This document shows, in pieces, positions 1 through 8,402 of a DNA stretch of 64,000 nt. Below the pieces are notes generated by a model, which was given only the letters and a program-made list of their open reading frames with translations, had not been told where the DNA came from and did no database searches. Positions within the stretch are counted from its first letter, which is position 1; each line of letters opens with the position of its first letter. The position numbers and the translations under genes are program-made. Source of the DNA: Candidatus Pelearchaeum maunauluense (lineage in GTDB: Archaea; Thermoproteota; Nitrososphaeria_A; Caldarchaeales; Caldarchaeaceae); the NCBI GenBank assembly GCA_030059675.1, contig JANVYQ010000001.1:216753-280752 (forward strand), read 5' to 3'.

Positions 1-583
1 GTATCCCCCAAGTGTATATCGGCATGCGTAGCAACGTCATTCCAGGCGCTCTTGAACGGAATATCGTTACCAAGAAGTTCACGGTGCTCATGGTTACTGA
101 GGCTATGAGCATCAGTAGCCCAGCGCCTCCCAGCGTTACGCCTAGCTGAGGCGCGTATTTTGTTGTGTTGAGCGGTGCGTAGACGGTCCAGCCCGTGTCT
201 ATGGCTCCTCCAGGTGTGAAGAAGCCTATAGCCGCTAGCAGGCCGCCGAATAGGTAAAACCAGTAGCTCAAAGCATTTAGTCGCGGGAAAGCGAGGTCTC
301 TGGCACCTATTTGGAGTGGGACGAAATAGTTGGCAAAGGCGAAGGCTAGCGGCGATAAGAACCATAGCACCATGACAAGGCCGTGGACTGTTACAGCCTG
401 GTTGAAGGGCGCGCTCTGTAGTATGTTAAGACCTGGAGCCATTAGTTGTAGCCGCATGAGAACCGCTAGTGCCCCACCTACGACTAGGAAGTAGAGCGAG
501 GTAATGAAATATAGTATGCCCACATCCTTGTGGTTTGTGGTGAATAACCATCTTCTAACAGAGTTTAGCGGAACCTCCATCAT
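1..583 (-). CDS. coxA: cytochrome c oxidase subunit I, N-terminal part (gene continues past the window start)
   Basis: Minus-strand translation from the ATG at 581-583 reads MMEVPLNSVRRWLFTTNHKDVGILYF..., the canonical COX1 N-terminus. It continues with hydrophobic TM segments to the window edge. Its start lies 4 nt after the coxII stop, which is operon-like. Confidence 0.85.
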   Translation of the reverse strand, partial: MMEVPLNSVRRWLFTTNHKDVGILYFITSLYFLVVGGALAVLMRLQLMAPGLNILQSAPFNQAVTVHGLVMVLWFLSPLAFAFANYFVPLQIGARDLAFPRLNALSYWFYLFGGLLAAIGFFTPGGAIDTGWTVYAPLNTTKYAPQLGVTLGGAGLLMLIASVTMSTVNFLVTIFRSRAPGMTLLRMPIYTWGI

Positions 584-587
584 CTAC

Positions 588-1223
588 TCACCCCTTATAC
601 CATGCTTCAAACTCGCTAGGCTCCATCACGATTAGCCTACCAGTCATGAAAGCATGACCAACGCCACAGAGCTCAAAGCACTGGATTGTATATTCTCCAG
701 TGTCGGCGGGCTTTATCCAAATCCAGATAACCTTACCTGGTATAGCGTCCACACCTATCTTGAACTCTATTAACTGGAATTTGTGGAAGACATCATCACT
801 TGTTACTGCGAAGATTATCACTTCATCGCGCGGCACGCGCACCTCATTAACCGTCTCTAGCCCATTTGGGTAAATGAACTTCCACCCCCACTGGAATCCA
901 TGAACTTTTATGACCATAGCCCCCTTCTCAGGAGGCTTTTCAATTAAATCAACGGTCTCCATCGTTCCCAGTGTTATTGTGAAGAGTATTCCCGTGACTA
1001 TGAGCGTTAGTATTAGTGCAGCGCCTATTGTTCCCCTCTCTGCTGGTATTTTTCCTGGGGTTGGAGCGTCTGCTGGCTCTGGAGAGCCAGGCTTGTGGCG
1101 GTATCGTATTATATTATAGATAAGCAGGGCTATGACGAATGTTCCGACGATTGTTCCGATTGTTAGGTAGAGGTTGAAAAGCTCTTGCCACTGCGCAGTA
1201 ACGGGGGAAAGAGCGGCAGTCAT
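588..1223 (-). CDS. coxB: cytochrome c oxidase subunit II with CuA centre
   Basis: 211 aa with two N-terminal TM helices and the CuA motif CFELCGVGHAFM (H...C.E.CG..H..M), followed directly by coxI. Confidence 0.9.
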   Translation of the reverse strand: MTAALSPVTAQWQELFNLYLTIGTIVGTFVIALLIYNIIRYRHKPGSPEPADAPTPGKIPAERGTIGAALILTLIVTGILFTITLGTMETVDLIEKPPEKGAMVIKVHGFQWGWKFIYPNGLETVNEVRVPRDEVIIFAVTSDDVFHKFQLIEFKIGVDAIPGKVIWIWIKPADTGEYTIQCFELCGVGHAFMTGRLIVMEPSEFEAWYKG

Positions 1224-1452
1224 ATTCCTTCTCAGATAGGGCTGACCTACAGTATTGTGGATTAAGCTTATCCTTCAAATCTGAAGGCTGAATATAAGCT
1301 TCAGCACATACAATATCTTACGGAAGCTACACGCGAATATGGTTTATGATTGAACCATTATGCTTAAATCATGCTGACAAACTAATTAGTGATTCTCAGA
1401 ACTGCTCCTGACCAGGCGTAGAATACTATTCCTTACGGTTATTGTAATAGTT

Positions 1453-2008
1453 GTGGCCACTTTAGGAGGAGTGATAGCCTATACAGCTCTACAGCCCTCT
1501 TACAAACTAGCAATAGAACTGCCAGGAAACGAGAAACTGAAAAATTTCACACTCACTGACCAGTATGGAAGGAAGTTTCCATATCTTCCGTCGGGGGGAG
1601 GTTGTCCTCCTATATTTTGGCTATACTAACTGTCCAGATATATGCCCACTCGTCATGAGCAGATTCGCATATCTTGAGGAGAAGTTAGGTGATGATATTG
1701 ATGAGGTGGCCATGATTCTTGTGGCTACCGACCCAGAGCGCGACACGCCTGATGCCCTACGGCGTTATGTTGAGCGATATAGTAGTAGGATTATCGCGCT
1801 TACAGGAACACCACAGCAGATTGAGGAAGTCTTGAAGCTATATGGCATATATTCTGAGAAGTCATTAGAGGAGGATAGAGAATATCTCATCCCACATTTC
1901 GCTCTAGTCATAGTTGCTGATAAGAACATGGTTATGCGTTATGCTCTTACGCCTGAGATGGAGCCTGACGAGTATGTGCGGGCTGTTAGATACCTACTTG
2001 AGAGGTGA
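1453..2008 (+). CDS. SCO1/SenC copper chaperone for oxidase assembly, with an apparent +1 frameshift
   Basis: ORF 1565-2008 carries the thioredoxin-like CPDICP motif in VVLLYFGYTNCPDICP. The upstream frame from 1393 encodes a TM helix and ...NFTLTDQYGRKF, which is the start of the same domain. The two frames meet at a G6 run at 1593-1598. The start codon is uncertain, possibly the GTG at 1453. Confidence 0.7.
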
Positions 2009-2565
2009 ATAGTATGCGACGCGTAAGGATTGCGTTGATTGGAGTAGCTATTATTTTTTCTCTATTAGCCATGTTTGTTTTTTCTGCATCTGCCCAGACT
2101 CAGTGGTGCTCAATAAACTGGGTGGGCGACTACATAGTGGAGTTCCGAATTTATCCTAATCCCATAGTTGCGGGCGAAGAATCTCAACTCCTCTTCAGCA
2201 TACTCAATAAAGACCTTGAGGAAGCTAGGAATATAACAGTCTCAATAGCCGTGTTTGAGGGCTATAAGCTTCTCCATAAATTCCCTAAGAGGCTTTACAG
2301 CATGGGAGACCTAAGCTACACCTACACATTCCCCGACACGGGGGAATATATTGTGCTGTTGAACATCTTTGAGGGCAAGGCAATATTAAGCGGCCAATTT
2401 ACCGTTAATGTGGAGAGGCGCGGGATACACTTCTGGCAGATAGCTGCAGCTCTCCCCATGGTGGTTGCCGCCGCGCTCACAGCAGTATATTACGTGCATA
2501 GATTTAGACAAGCACAACACAGCACGCCGAAAGAATTTATAAACAAGACATCAAATAATGAATAA
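2005..2565 (+). CDS. hypothetical secreted/membrane-anchored protein in the cox-SCO1 cluster
   Basis: N-terminal signal/TM helix, a central beta-rich domain and a C-terminal TM helix. Its start overlaps the SCO1 stop (ATGA-type overlap). No motif recognised. Confidence 0.45.
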   Translation: MNSMRRVRIALIGVAIIFSLLAMFVFSASAQTQWCSINWVGDYIVEFRIYPNPIVAGEESQLLFSILNKDLEEARNITVSIAVFEGYKLLHKFPKRLYSMGDLSYTYTFPDTGEYIVLLNIFEGKAILSGQFTVNVERRGIHFWQIAAALPMVVAAALTAVYYVHRFRQAQHSTPKEFINKTSNNE

Positions 2566-2576
2566 GCAGTAAGGCC

Positions 2577-3230
2577 ATGCTTCGAGTAACACTGAACGTA
2601 CGGATGAACTGCCCCTGGGTTTCCTACATATCTAGAAAATATAATGCGCGCATAACAATTCTTCAATGCGTTCCCCACGTAATGTCTGGCGGCGTCTCTG
2701 CGTTGGTTAAGGTTAAAAGCCCCAACTGCGGCTCTGAGCAGATATCCCGCGCGGTACGTAAAGTTCCCACGGTTCAGGACGCTACTTTCACGGAGATTAG
2801 GCCAAATGTCCATTTTGGGATAGTCAAGACCAGCTTATGCCCCTGTTCCTCAACAATTCTGCCGCATTTTAACCTGATTAACGCTGTAGATAACGGTGAT
2901 GGAGGCCTCCGCTGGACGTTTTTGGTGGATAATGAGAAGAGCTTGAAACAGCTTTCGGAGTATTTGGATAATAATGGTATAGACTATCAGATTGAGGAGG
3001 CGATTAAAATAGAGGATAGCTGGTGCTTGACTGAGAAGCAGGAGCAGGTTATTAGAGCTGCCCTTGAGCTAGGGTTCTACGACATACCCCGTAGAGTAGG
3101 TCTTAAAGAGCTGGCTAAGCTCTTTAACATATCACCCCGCGCGGTATCAGAGATCCTAAGAAGAGCCCACAGGAGGATAATAATCCACGCGCTAGAGACC
3201 CATCAAGTATCTAAATATAACGAGGCATAA
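2577..3230 (+). CDS. HTH_10 (Bat-type) DNA-binding transcriptional regulator
   Basis: The C-terminus LTEKQEQVIRAALELGFYDIPRRVGLKELAKLFNISPRAVSEILRRAHRRI matches the bacterio-opsin-activator type HTH. The N-terminal start is uncertain. Confidence 0.55.
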   Translation: MLRVTLNVRMNCPWVSYISRKYNARITILQCVPHVMSGGVSALVKVKSPNCGSEQISRAVRKVPTVQDATFTEIRPNVHFGIVKTSLCPCSSTILPHFNLINAVDNGDGGLRWTFLVDNEKSLKQLSEYLDNNGIDYQIEEAIKIEDSWCLTEKQEQVIRAALELGFYDIPRRVGLKELAKLFNISPRAVSEILRRAHRRIIIHALETHQVSKYNEA

Positions 3231-3266
3231 AACCTATAAACAGACCAGAAACAACCAATAAGCAGG

Positions 3267-3341
3267 GCGGCCGTGGTCTAGCCTGGGTATGACACGGGCC
3301 TGCCACGCCCGGAATCGCGGGTTCAAATCCCGCCGGCCGCA
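3267..3341 (+). tRNA. tRNA-Gly (anticodon GCC)
   Basis: Acceptor stem GCGGCCG/CGGCCGC with discriminator A. Anticodon stem CGGGC/GCCCG with loop CTGCCAC. T-arm GCGGGTTCAAATCCCGC. No intron. Confidence 0.85.
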
Positions 3342-3357
3342 TACATTACTTAGTTGT

Positions 3358-3933
3358 TTATTGTTTGTCTTGTTTCAGCTTCATGTGTATTATTCCTCTT
3401 GCTATGTTATGTTCTATTATCGTTATATTGTATTCGTCAAGCAATCCCTTTAGGAATTCCATTATGCATTTTGTTGATTCTATCTTATTTCCTATTCCTA
3501 TGAGCCCCACTTCATATGTTATGTTTCCCAGGTATTTTATCTCTAGGTTTTTGATTGGGAGATACTTGGCGTATGTGTCTGCGAGGTGTATTAGCTGGTC
3601 TAGGTCTTTGGCGTATATTTTTATTAGCGCTGATACTTCCTGGCCTAGTTTATAGAAGCGTTTTAGGAGCTTCTCAGGGTCGTGCCTATAGAGCTTCTCT
3701 ATTAGGTCGTCCATGAAGTCAGATGGTAGGATTACGGCGTCAACCTCGCTTAATAGTCTATGGACTAACCAAAGGTTTAATATGACGCGCATATCGGCGC
3801 CTTCGTTAAGCAGTGCTACTGCGTTCTCCATTATTTCATTAACGAGAGCGTAGAGTGTCATCTTGCGCTCTCTAGCTATCGTAGCTAGTTGTTTGGCAAT
3901 CTTTTCATCAACCGCTAAAGAAGTTCTAGACAC
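3358..3933 (-). CDS. hypothetical protein with an N-terminal ribbon-helix-helix-like segment; visibly AT-rich gene
   Basis: 191 aa. The N-terminus MSRTSLAVDEKIAKQLATIARERKMTLYALVNEIME resembles CopG/Arc RHH. The gene and its flanks (3342-4080) are clearly more AT-rich than surrounding genes and lie at the 3' side of tRNA-Gly. Confidence 0.45.
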   Translation of the reverse strand: MSRTSLAVDEKIAKQLATIARERKMTLYALVNEIMENAVALLNEGADMRVILNLWLVHRLLSEVDAVILPSDFMDDLIEKLYRHDPEKLLKRFYKLGQEVSALIKIYAKDLDQLIHLADTYAKYLPIKNLEIKYLGNITYEVGLIGIGNKIESTKCIMEFLKGLLDEYNITIIEHNIARGIIHMKLKQDKQ

Positions 3934-4089
3934 TTCGCCGATGTTTGTGGTATGCTTGTATATGAATTGGCTTCAAATAGGAATAAAGGCTCCATGGGGG
4001 CTAAAAGGTGTGTGTAGGTTTGAAAACGTTAAGGTTTGGCATGACAGCGTTATACTGTTGTAATAGGTTTTGAGAAAGCGGGGGCTGAG

Positions 4090-5304
4090 ATGGTGCAGAC
4101 CAGTCCAAAGGTTCTTAGCCTAACGCCATTAGATAAGGCGCTCTCTCTAATCAAAGAAAGCCTATCAAGCTATGTGGCGCGCACTAAGACTATTCAAGTG
4201 GAGGATAGTATAGGATATGTTGCAGCTGAAGATGTTTTCTCAAGCGTTGATATTCCTCCTTATCCTAAGGCTGCTGTTGATGGTGTAGCTGCGAGGAGTG
4301 GTCGTTTGGGTGGTGCGTCGCTCAGTAATCCTGTTAGGCTTAGGTTGGTGCGTAATCCTATTCATGAATTGCAGGAGGGGGAGGCTGTTTTTGTTTCTAC
4401 CGGCGATGGAATACCCAGCGGCGCTAATGTAGTGGTCAAGATTGAGAATGTTAGGCTTGTTGATGACGATTATGCGGAGGTTGTGGTGGCCGTTCCAGAG
4501 GGTAAGAATATAATTCCAGAGGGTTATGAGATTAAGGTTGGAGATAAGCTCGTAGAGAAGGGCAGGCGCATAAAGCCTGAAGACACAGCCCTCCTCATGG
4601 AGGCCGAGGTTGATGAGGTGCTCGTCTATGAGCGGCCCAAGATAGGGCTAATACCCGTAGGTGATGACATATACTTGGAGTTTATGAAGAGCGGGATAAA
4701 AGGTGCCAACTACTCGTTTTTAGCCGCAAAGAAGATTAATGAGTTCGGTGGGGATGTGGTGTTGATTGACCCCTCGCCTGATGATGTTGATACCCTATCT
4801 GAGAAAATCTTCAAAGCGTCAAAGACATGCGACGCGATATTCACTGTGGGCGGCTGTTCTATTGGGAGGAATGATATTGTCCATAGGACGGTAGCGGGAA
4901 TGTCTGGTGCGCGTATTCTGTTTCATGGACTCAAGTATAATCCTGCTAAGCCCTCTGGATACGCGCTCATAGGTAGCACGCCTCTCCTCATGCTCCCAGG
5001 CCACGTGGTATCTATGGTCGGCGCTCTCCACCTGCTCGGTAAACCACTGATTAACCATCTCCAAGGCCTAGCGTATGATGACGAGAAACCGATAATAGCT
5101 AAGGTAGCGGCTGACCAGAAGCTTAAGCCCGGTATGGGAAACATGGTGCTGGTTAGACTGGAGAGAAGAGATAAGGACTATCTTGCATGGCCTTTATCAT
5201 GGGGCACTAACTCCATAAAGAACCTAGTCATAGCTGATGGCTTTGTCTTGGTTGATGAGGGGGATTTAAAGGCAGGCCAGCAGGTAGATGTATTCCCACT
5301 ATGA
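4090..5304 (+). CDS. moeA: molybdopterin molybdenumtransferase MoeA
   Basis: 404 aa with MoeA N/linker/C architecture, including AAVDGVAARSG, VSTGDGIPSGANVVV and the GGCSIGRNDIV (GGVSVG-like) motif. Confidence 0.8.
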   Translation: MVQTSPKVLSLTPLDKALSLIKESLSSYVARTKTIQVEDSIGYVAAEDVFSSVDIPPYPKAAVDGVAARSGRLGGASLSNPVRLRLVRNPIHELQEGEAVFVSTGDGIPSGANVVVKIENVRLVDDDYAEVVVAVPEGKNIIPEGYEIKVGDKLVEKGRRIKPEDTALLMEAEVDEVLVYERPKIGLIPVGDDIYLEFMKSGIKGANYSFLAAKKINEFGGDVVLIDPSPDDVDTLSEKIFKASKTCDAIFTVGGCSIGRNDIVHRTVAGMSGARILFHGLKYNPAKPSGYALIGSTPLLMLPGHVVSMVGALHLLGKPLINHLQGLAYDDEKPIIAKVAADQKLKPGMGNMVLVRLERRDKDYLAWPLSWGTNSIKNLVIADGFVLVDEGDLKAGQQVDVFPL

Positions 5305-5857
5305 GCGTGGAGCCACATTGACTGTTATTATAGCGGTGTTTGGTAAGAAGAAGAGTGGGAAGACAGCGGTTATAGAAGCATTAATCCGCGCGCTAAACAA
5401 CGATAATCTAACAATAACAGCCGCAAAGCATGTGCATCACGCTGACTTCTCCATAGATAATCCAAGCAAGGATAGCTGGCGATTCGGCAAAGCAGGGGCT
5501 AGGAGAGTCTTCATATTCTCTCCCAACGAGCTCGTTTCCATTGAGAAGACTTCTGGAAATGAGGTTGATGAGGAGAGGCTACTCAATATAATATCAGATT
5601 CGGCTACTGATATAGTGTTCTTGGAGGGGTTTTATCAGACTCTTGCGCGCAATAGCCGTGTCTATAAGCTTGTGGTAGGCCGCGACTCCGGGGATGTTGC
5701 CGATATAGTGAGGGGGTGCCACGAACCATTACTAGGGTGTGCTTTATTGGGTAATGATGACAAATCTAATGAGGTGCTAAAGGCTGGGAAAACATACAAA
5801 CTCTGGGACGATTTTAACGAGCTTGTTAGAGATATTAGAGCGTTGGCGAGGCGTTAA
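5288..5857 (+). CDS. mobB: molybdopterin-guanine dinucleotide biosynthesis protein MobB-like P-loop protein
   Basis: P-loop VIIAVFGKKKSGKT near the N-terminus. Its size and its position after moeA fit MobB. Confidence 0.6.
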   Translation: MYSHYERGATLTVIIAVFGKKKSGKTAVIEALIRALNNDNLTITAAKHVHHADFSIDNPSKDSWRFGKAGARRVFIFSPNELVSIEKTSGNEVDEERLLNIISDSATDIVFLEGFYQTLARNSRVYKLVVGRDSGDVADIVRGCHEPLLGCALLGNDDKSNEVLKAGKTYKLWDDFNELVRDIRALARR

Positions 5858-6108
5858 TACTGGTAGTAATATGATGCTGGTCTTTTTGTGAGCCATCGCG
5901 CTCCTGCAACTAGGTAGATTAATGCGAATATCGCAGCTAGGGCTAGAACAACTAATGATTCTTCTATCGGCCCTCCTCCTATCCGCGAGAGGAATGCAGA
6001 TGGGGTGAGTATGTGTAGTATGCCTGCGAGTATTCCCAAGACGCCGACGGCTTTGGAGCCTGTTCTGCGCGTGGTGAGAAAAGCGGCCAGATATAGTATG
6101 TTGCTCAC
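5854..6108 (-). CDS. small membrane protein; the frame continues upstream across an in-frame TAG to an ATG at 6288
   Basis: 84 aa with 2-3 TM helices and a GTG start. The same frame is open upstream, giving MGWRAG...IFM-TAG-VVSNILY... with the TAG at 6112-6114. This is either two tandem small membrane genes or one 145-codon gene with a nonsense codon. Confidence 0.4.
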   Translation of the reverse strand: MSNILYLAAFLTTRRTGSKAVGVLGILAGILHILTPSAFLSRIGGGPIEESLVVLALAAIFALIYLVAGARWLTKRPASYYYQY

Positions 6109-6323
6109 TACCTACATGAAAATTGGAACTAGAAATGCAACGGCGTATAACACGACAAATGCTAGTCCGCCTAAGCCAGCTCCGCTTAGCTGTGGTGGTG
6201 AGAGGAGTAAGTATAGTAGTATTATTGTGGCGAGGAGCATCAACAGAAATCCTACTGCCGAGGGGGTGATTCCAGCCCTCCACCCCATACGCGGCGCAGC
6301 TTTATTTCTATCTTAAAAATCTT

Positions 6324-6539
6324 CTAACGCGACGCAGAGACTCTACTAGCCATTTTACGTATCTCATCGCGAAGCTGCTTAGCAACATCTAGGATATCGC
6401 GGAAATAGGTTGGCTCAAGCTTTTCAGCCCCATCCCTGATAAGGAGTTGCTCTTCCTCTATTTTCTTCTCCTGAGCATCCAGCTCTATTCCACCCTCTTT
6501 GCGCTGTTCCCCGCTTTTAGTAGCGGTTTTAGCGTTCAT
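6324..6539 (-). CDS. hypothetical small coiled-coil protein
   Basis: 71 aa, charged and coiled-coil-like. It overlaps the next ORF by 11 nt in another frame. It could be the second half of a frameshifted TM plus coiled-coil protein. Confidence 0.25.
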   Translation of the reverse strand: MNAKTATKSGEQRKEGGIELDAQEKKIEEEQLLIRDGAEKLEPTYFRDILDVAKQLRDEIRKMASRVSASR

Positions 6540-6744
6540 TAGGTTCTGCTTTTATCTCGTCTAACGTTTTCTCAAGCTGTTCTAGTTTTTGTTCAAATGG
6601 TGAGAGCATTAGCGTTGGTGGGCGGGATTCTCTCTGCATCATGTTTTCTCTTCTTGTTATGGTGGTTTGTTGCTGGCTTCTCTGATGCGTAGAAGCGGGT
6701 CTGTTTGATGCTATTATTATAACGGCTATGAGCAGGGCTATCAC
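6529..6744 (-). CDS. hypothetical small protein with an N-terminal TM helix and coiled-coil
   Basis: MIALLIAVIIIASN... followed by a ...QKLEQLEKTLDEIK coiled-coil. It lies downstream of the flaJ halves. Confidence 0.25.
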   Translation of the reverse strand: MIALLIAVIIIASNRPASTHQRSQQQTTITRRENMMQRESRPPTLMLSPFEQKLEQLEKTLDEIKAEPNER

Positions 6745-6822
6745 CGCTGCGGTGGCCAGAATCCATGCTAGGGTGTCATTAGCCTGTGGTGGTATTATTG
6801 CGGTTTTCGCCCCCTACGTGGG

Positions 6823-7446
6823 TCATGTGCTCACCAGGCTTGAGAGCTGCCGCCCTATTGAGGCGAATGCATCAAGCACAAAGCCGCTGAGGGCTGCTAC
6901 GCCGAGATACGTTATGCCGCTGACCATCAGCAAGACCTCCGCGTGGAACGTGAAGGTGAATATGGCGTCTCCGTCTGAGAGGTAGATGTTTAGTGCGCTT
7001 ATGACCGCTACGGCCACCGCTATCCAGTAGAAGTATAGGGTTGTTAATGTTGGTGGGATTGGTGTTATGAGTTGAAGGAACTGCGAGACTAGGGAGGATA
7101 TTTCGTTGAATATGCCCATGAGCGAGTTCATTAGGCCGAATATTGCTACCAGCGTCATCTGGAGGGGTATTACCATCCCCTTGAGAACCCCGCTCACTTG
7201 CTTACGCTTCTTATCACGAAGTAGCTGCGTTGTGAGGTACTCGTTCACGACCTCAGCAGCGGTTGTTGGCTTACCGCCTGCGCGTAGCGTCTCGCCATAG
7301 GCGGCCATGCATTTATAGGCGATGTCGCTGAGCGTCTCCACACCGAAGAGCCTCAGCGCATGCGCCTGAGGTATGCCAATCCTTATACGCGCATATAGGT
7401 TTCTAATCAGCGCGTTAAGCGGGCCATAGTCGCTGAGCATCATCAT
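6823..7446 (-). CDS. flaJ: archaellum/type IV pilus membrane protein FlaJ/TadC-like, C-terminal T2SSF-domain half
   Basis: 207 aa polytopic membrane protein with a T2SSF-like helix pattern. Its reading frame stays open 30 codons upstream of MMM and overlaps the end of the preceding T2SSF ORF, which suggests a single flaJ split by a frameshift. Confidence 0.55.
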   Translation of the reverse strand: MMMLSDYGPLNALIRNLYARIRIGIPQAHALRLFGVETLSDIAYKCMAAYGETLRAGGKPTTAAEVVNEYLTTQLLRDKKRKQVSGVLKGMVIPLQMTLVAIFGLMNSLMGIFNEISSLVSQFLQLITPIPPTLTTLYFYWIAVAVAVISALNIYLSDGDAIFTFTFHAEVLLMVSGITYLGVAALSGFVLDAFASIGRQLSSLVST

Positions 7447-7490
7447 CTTGGCCGCGCCAGCGGCCGAGCCTGTGACAGCTATGTAGTCGC

Positions 7491-8402
7491 CTAGGCTCTT
7501 GAAAACATCGGCATATACGCTTCTCTCTCCATAACCAGCCTAACCCATCGCCTGCCAGCTATTCCATGCATCAATAGGGGGGCTGAGGCTATGAGCATGG
7601 AGAGCGGGCCAGGTATCAACGACCTCATCAACAACCCAGCGTCGCTGGGGGCTGGTAGCGTTAGTGGGAGTATGATAAGCACGGCCATGGAAGAGACTAT
7701 GATGATGCGGGAGAGCTGCTCAAGTCTATGTAGTTTCTCAGGCCTATGTGGCTCTTTGTGCATGAGCCTTCTGCGTATGTTGTTCCTTAGAAAGAGAAGC
7801 GTCATGCTGGCTAACGTTGCTATGACTGCCAGGATGGAGATGTTCAGGACGGTAGAAGAGTATTGTGAGCCGTAGATTATCGCCATGAGTAGGAACGCTA
7901 CCGAGAGGAAGCCCATGGAGCTTAGGAGAGCTGAATACGACTCGGCAAGCCTCTTAAGCTTCTCAACCATCTTCTCAAACTCGGCCTCAGGAGACGCCAG
8001 AAACTTCTGGAACTCTATCAGCGTAAAATCGCCAAGACCTACGCCAGCCTGCGCGGCGTGGCTAAGCCTATTGAGAAGCTCGCGGTGGTTTTGGTCTATA
8101 TTATCCGAGGCAGCAGCCCTAAGAGCGGCTGTCTGCAAGTACCCCCACTTCTCAACCATCACCTGTATTTTGGCGAATAGATACGAGACTGGTGTTAGGA
8201 GCTTTTCGCGGCCTAGAATCCGTAGAGCGGTTTTGAGCGGTATCCCTGAAGCTCCTAGGCTTGTTAGGTAGAGTAGTGTTATTGGGTAGAGTTCTGACAG
8301 CCTTCTGTTTAGGGAGAATCGCTTGAGGAGCCTTGTTTTGTGGTTTGTTCTCTTATTTCTGTCTGAGCCATACGCTCTCTCCCCGCTCAACGCGCTCGGC
8401 AA
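7491..8402 (-). CDS. flaJ: archaellum/type IV pilus membrane protein FlaJ/TadC-like, N-terminal T2SSF-domain half
   Basis: 303 aa with cytoplasmic helical domain plus TM pairs typical of the GspF/FlaJ family. It lies directly downstream of the flaI remnants. Together with 6823-7446 it totals about 510 aa, the usual FlaJ size. Confidence 0.6.
   Translation of the reverse strand: MPSALSGERAYGSDRNKRTNHKTRLLKRFSLNRRLSELYPITLLYLTSLGASGIPLKTALRILGREKLLTPVSYLFAKIQVMVEKWGYLQTAALRAAASDNIDQNHRELLNRLSHAAQAGVGLGDFTLIEFQKFLASPEAEFEKMVEKLKRLAESYSALLSSMGFLSVAFLLMAIIYGSQYSSTVLNISILAVIATLASMTLLFLRNNIRRRLMHKEPHRPEKLHRLEQLSRIIIVSSMAVLIILPLTLPAPSDAGLLMRSLIPGPLSMLIASAPLLMHGIAGRRWVRLVMEREAYMPMFSRA

Noticed and set aside
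910-1119. 69-aa ORF on the plus strand inside coxB
   Set aside because: Antisense to a well-supported gene, low-complexity Ser/Gly/Pro-rich translation, no start context.
5777-6283. 168-aa Arg-rich ORF on the minus strand
   Set aside because: Alternative frame of the small-membrane-protein locus. Composition (R/S/P/T-rich) is typical of an out-of-frame translation of GC-rich DNA.
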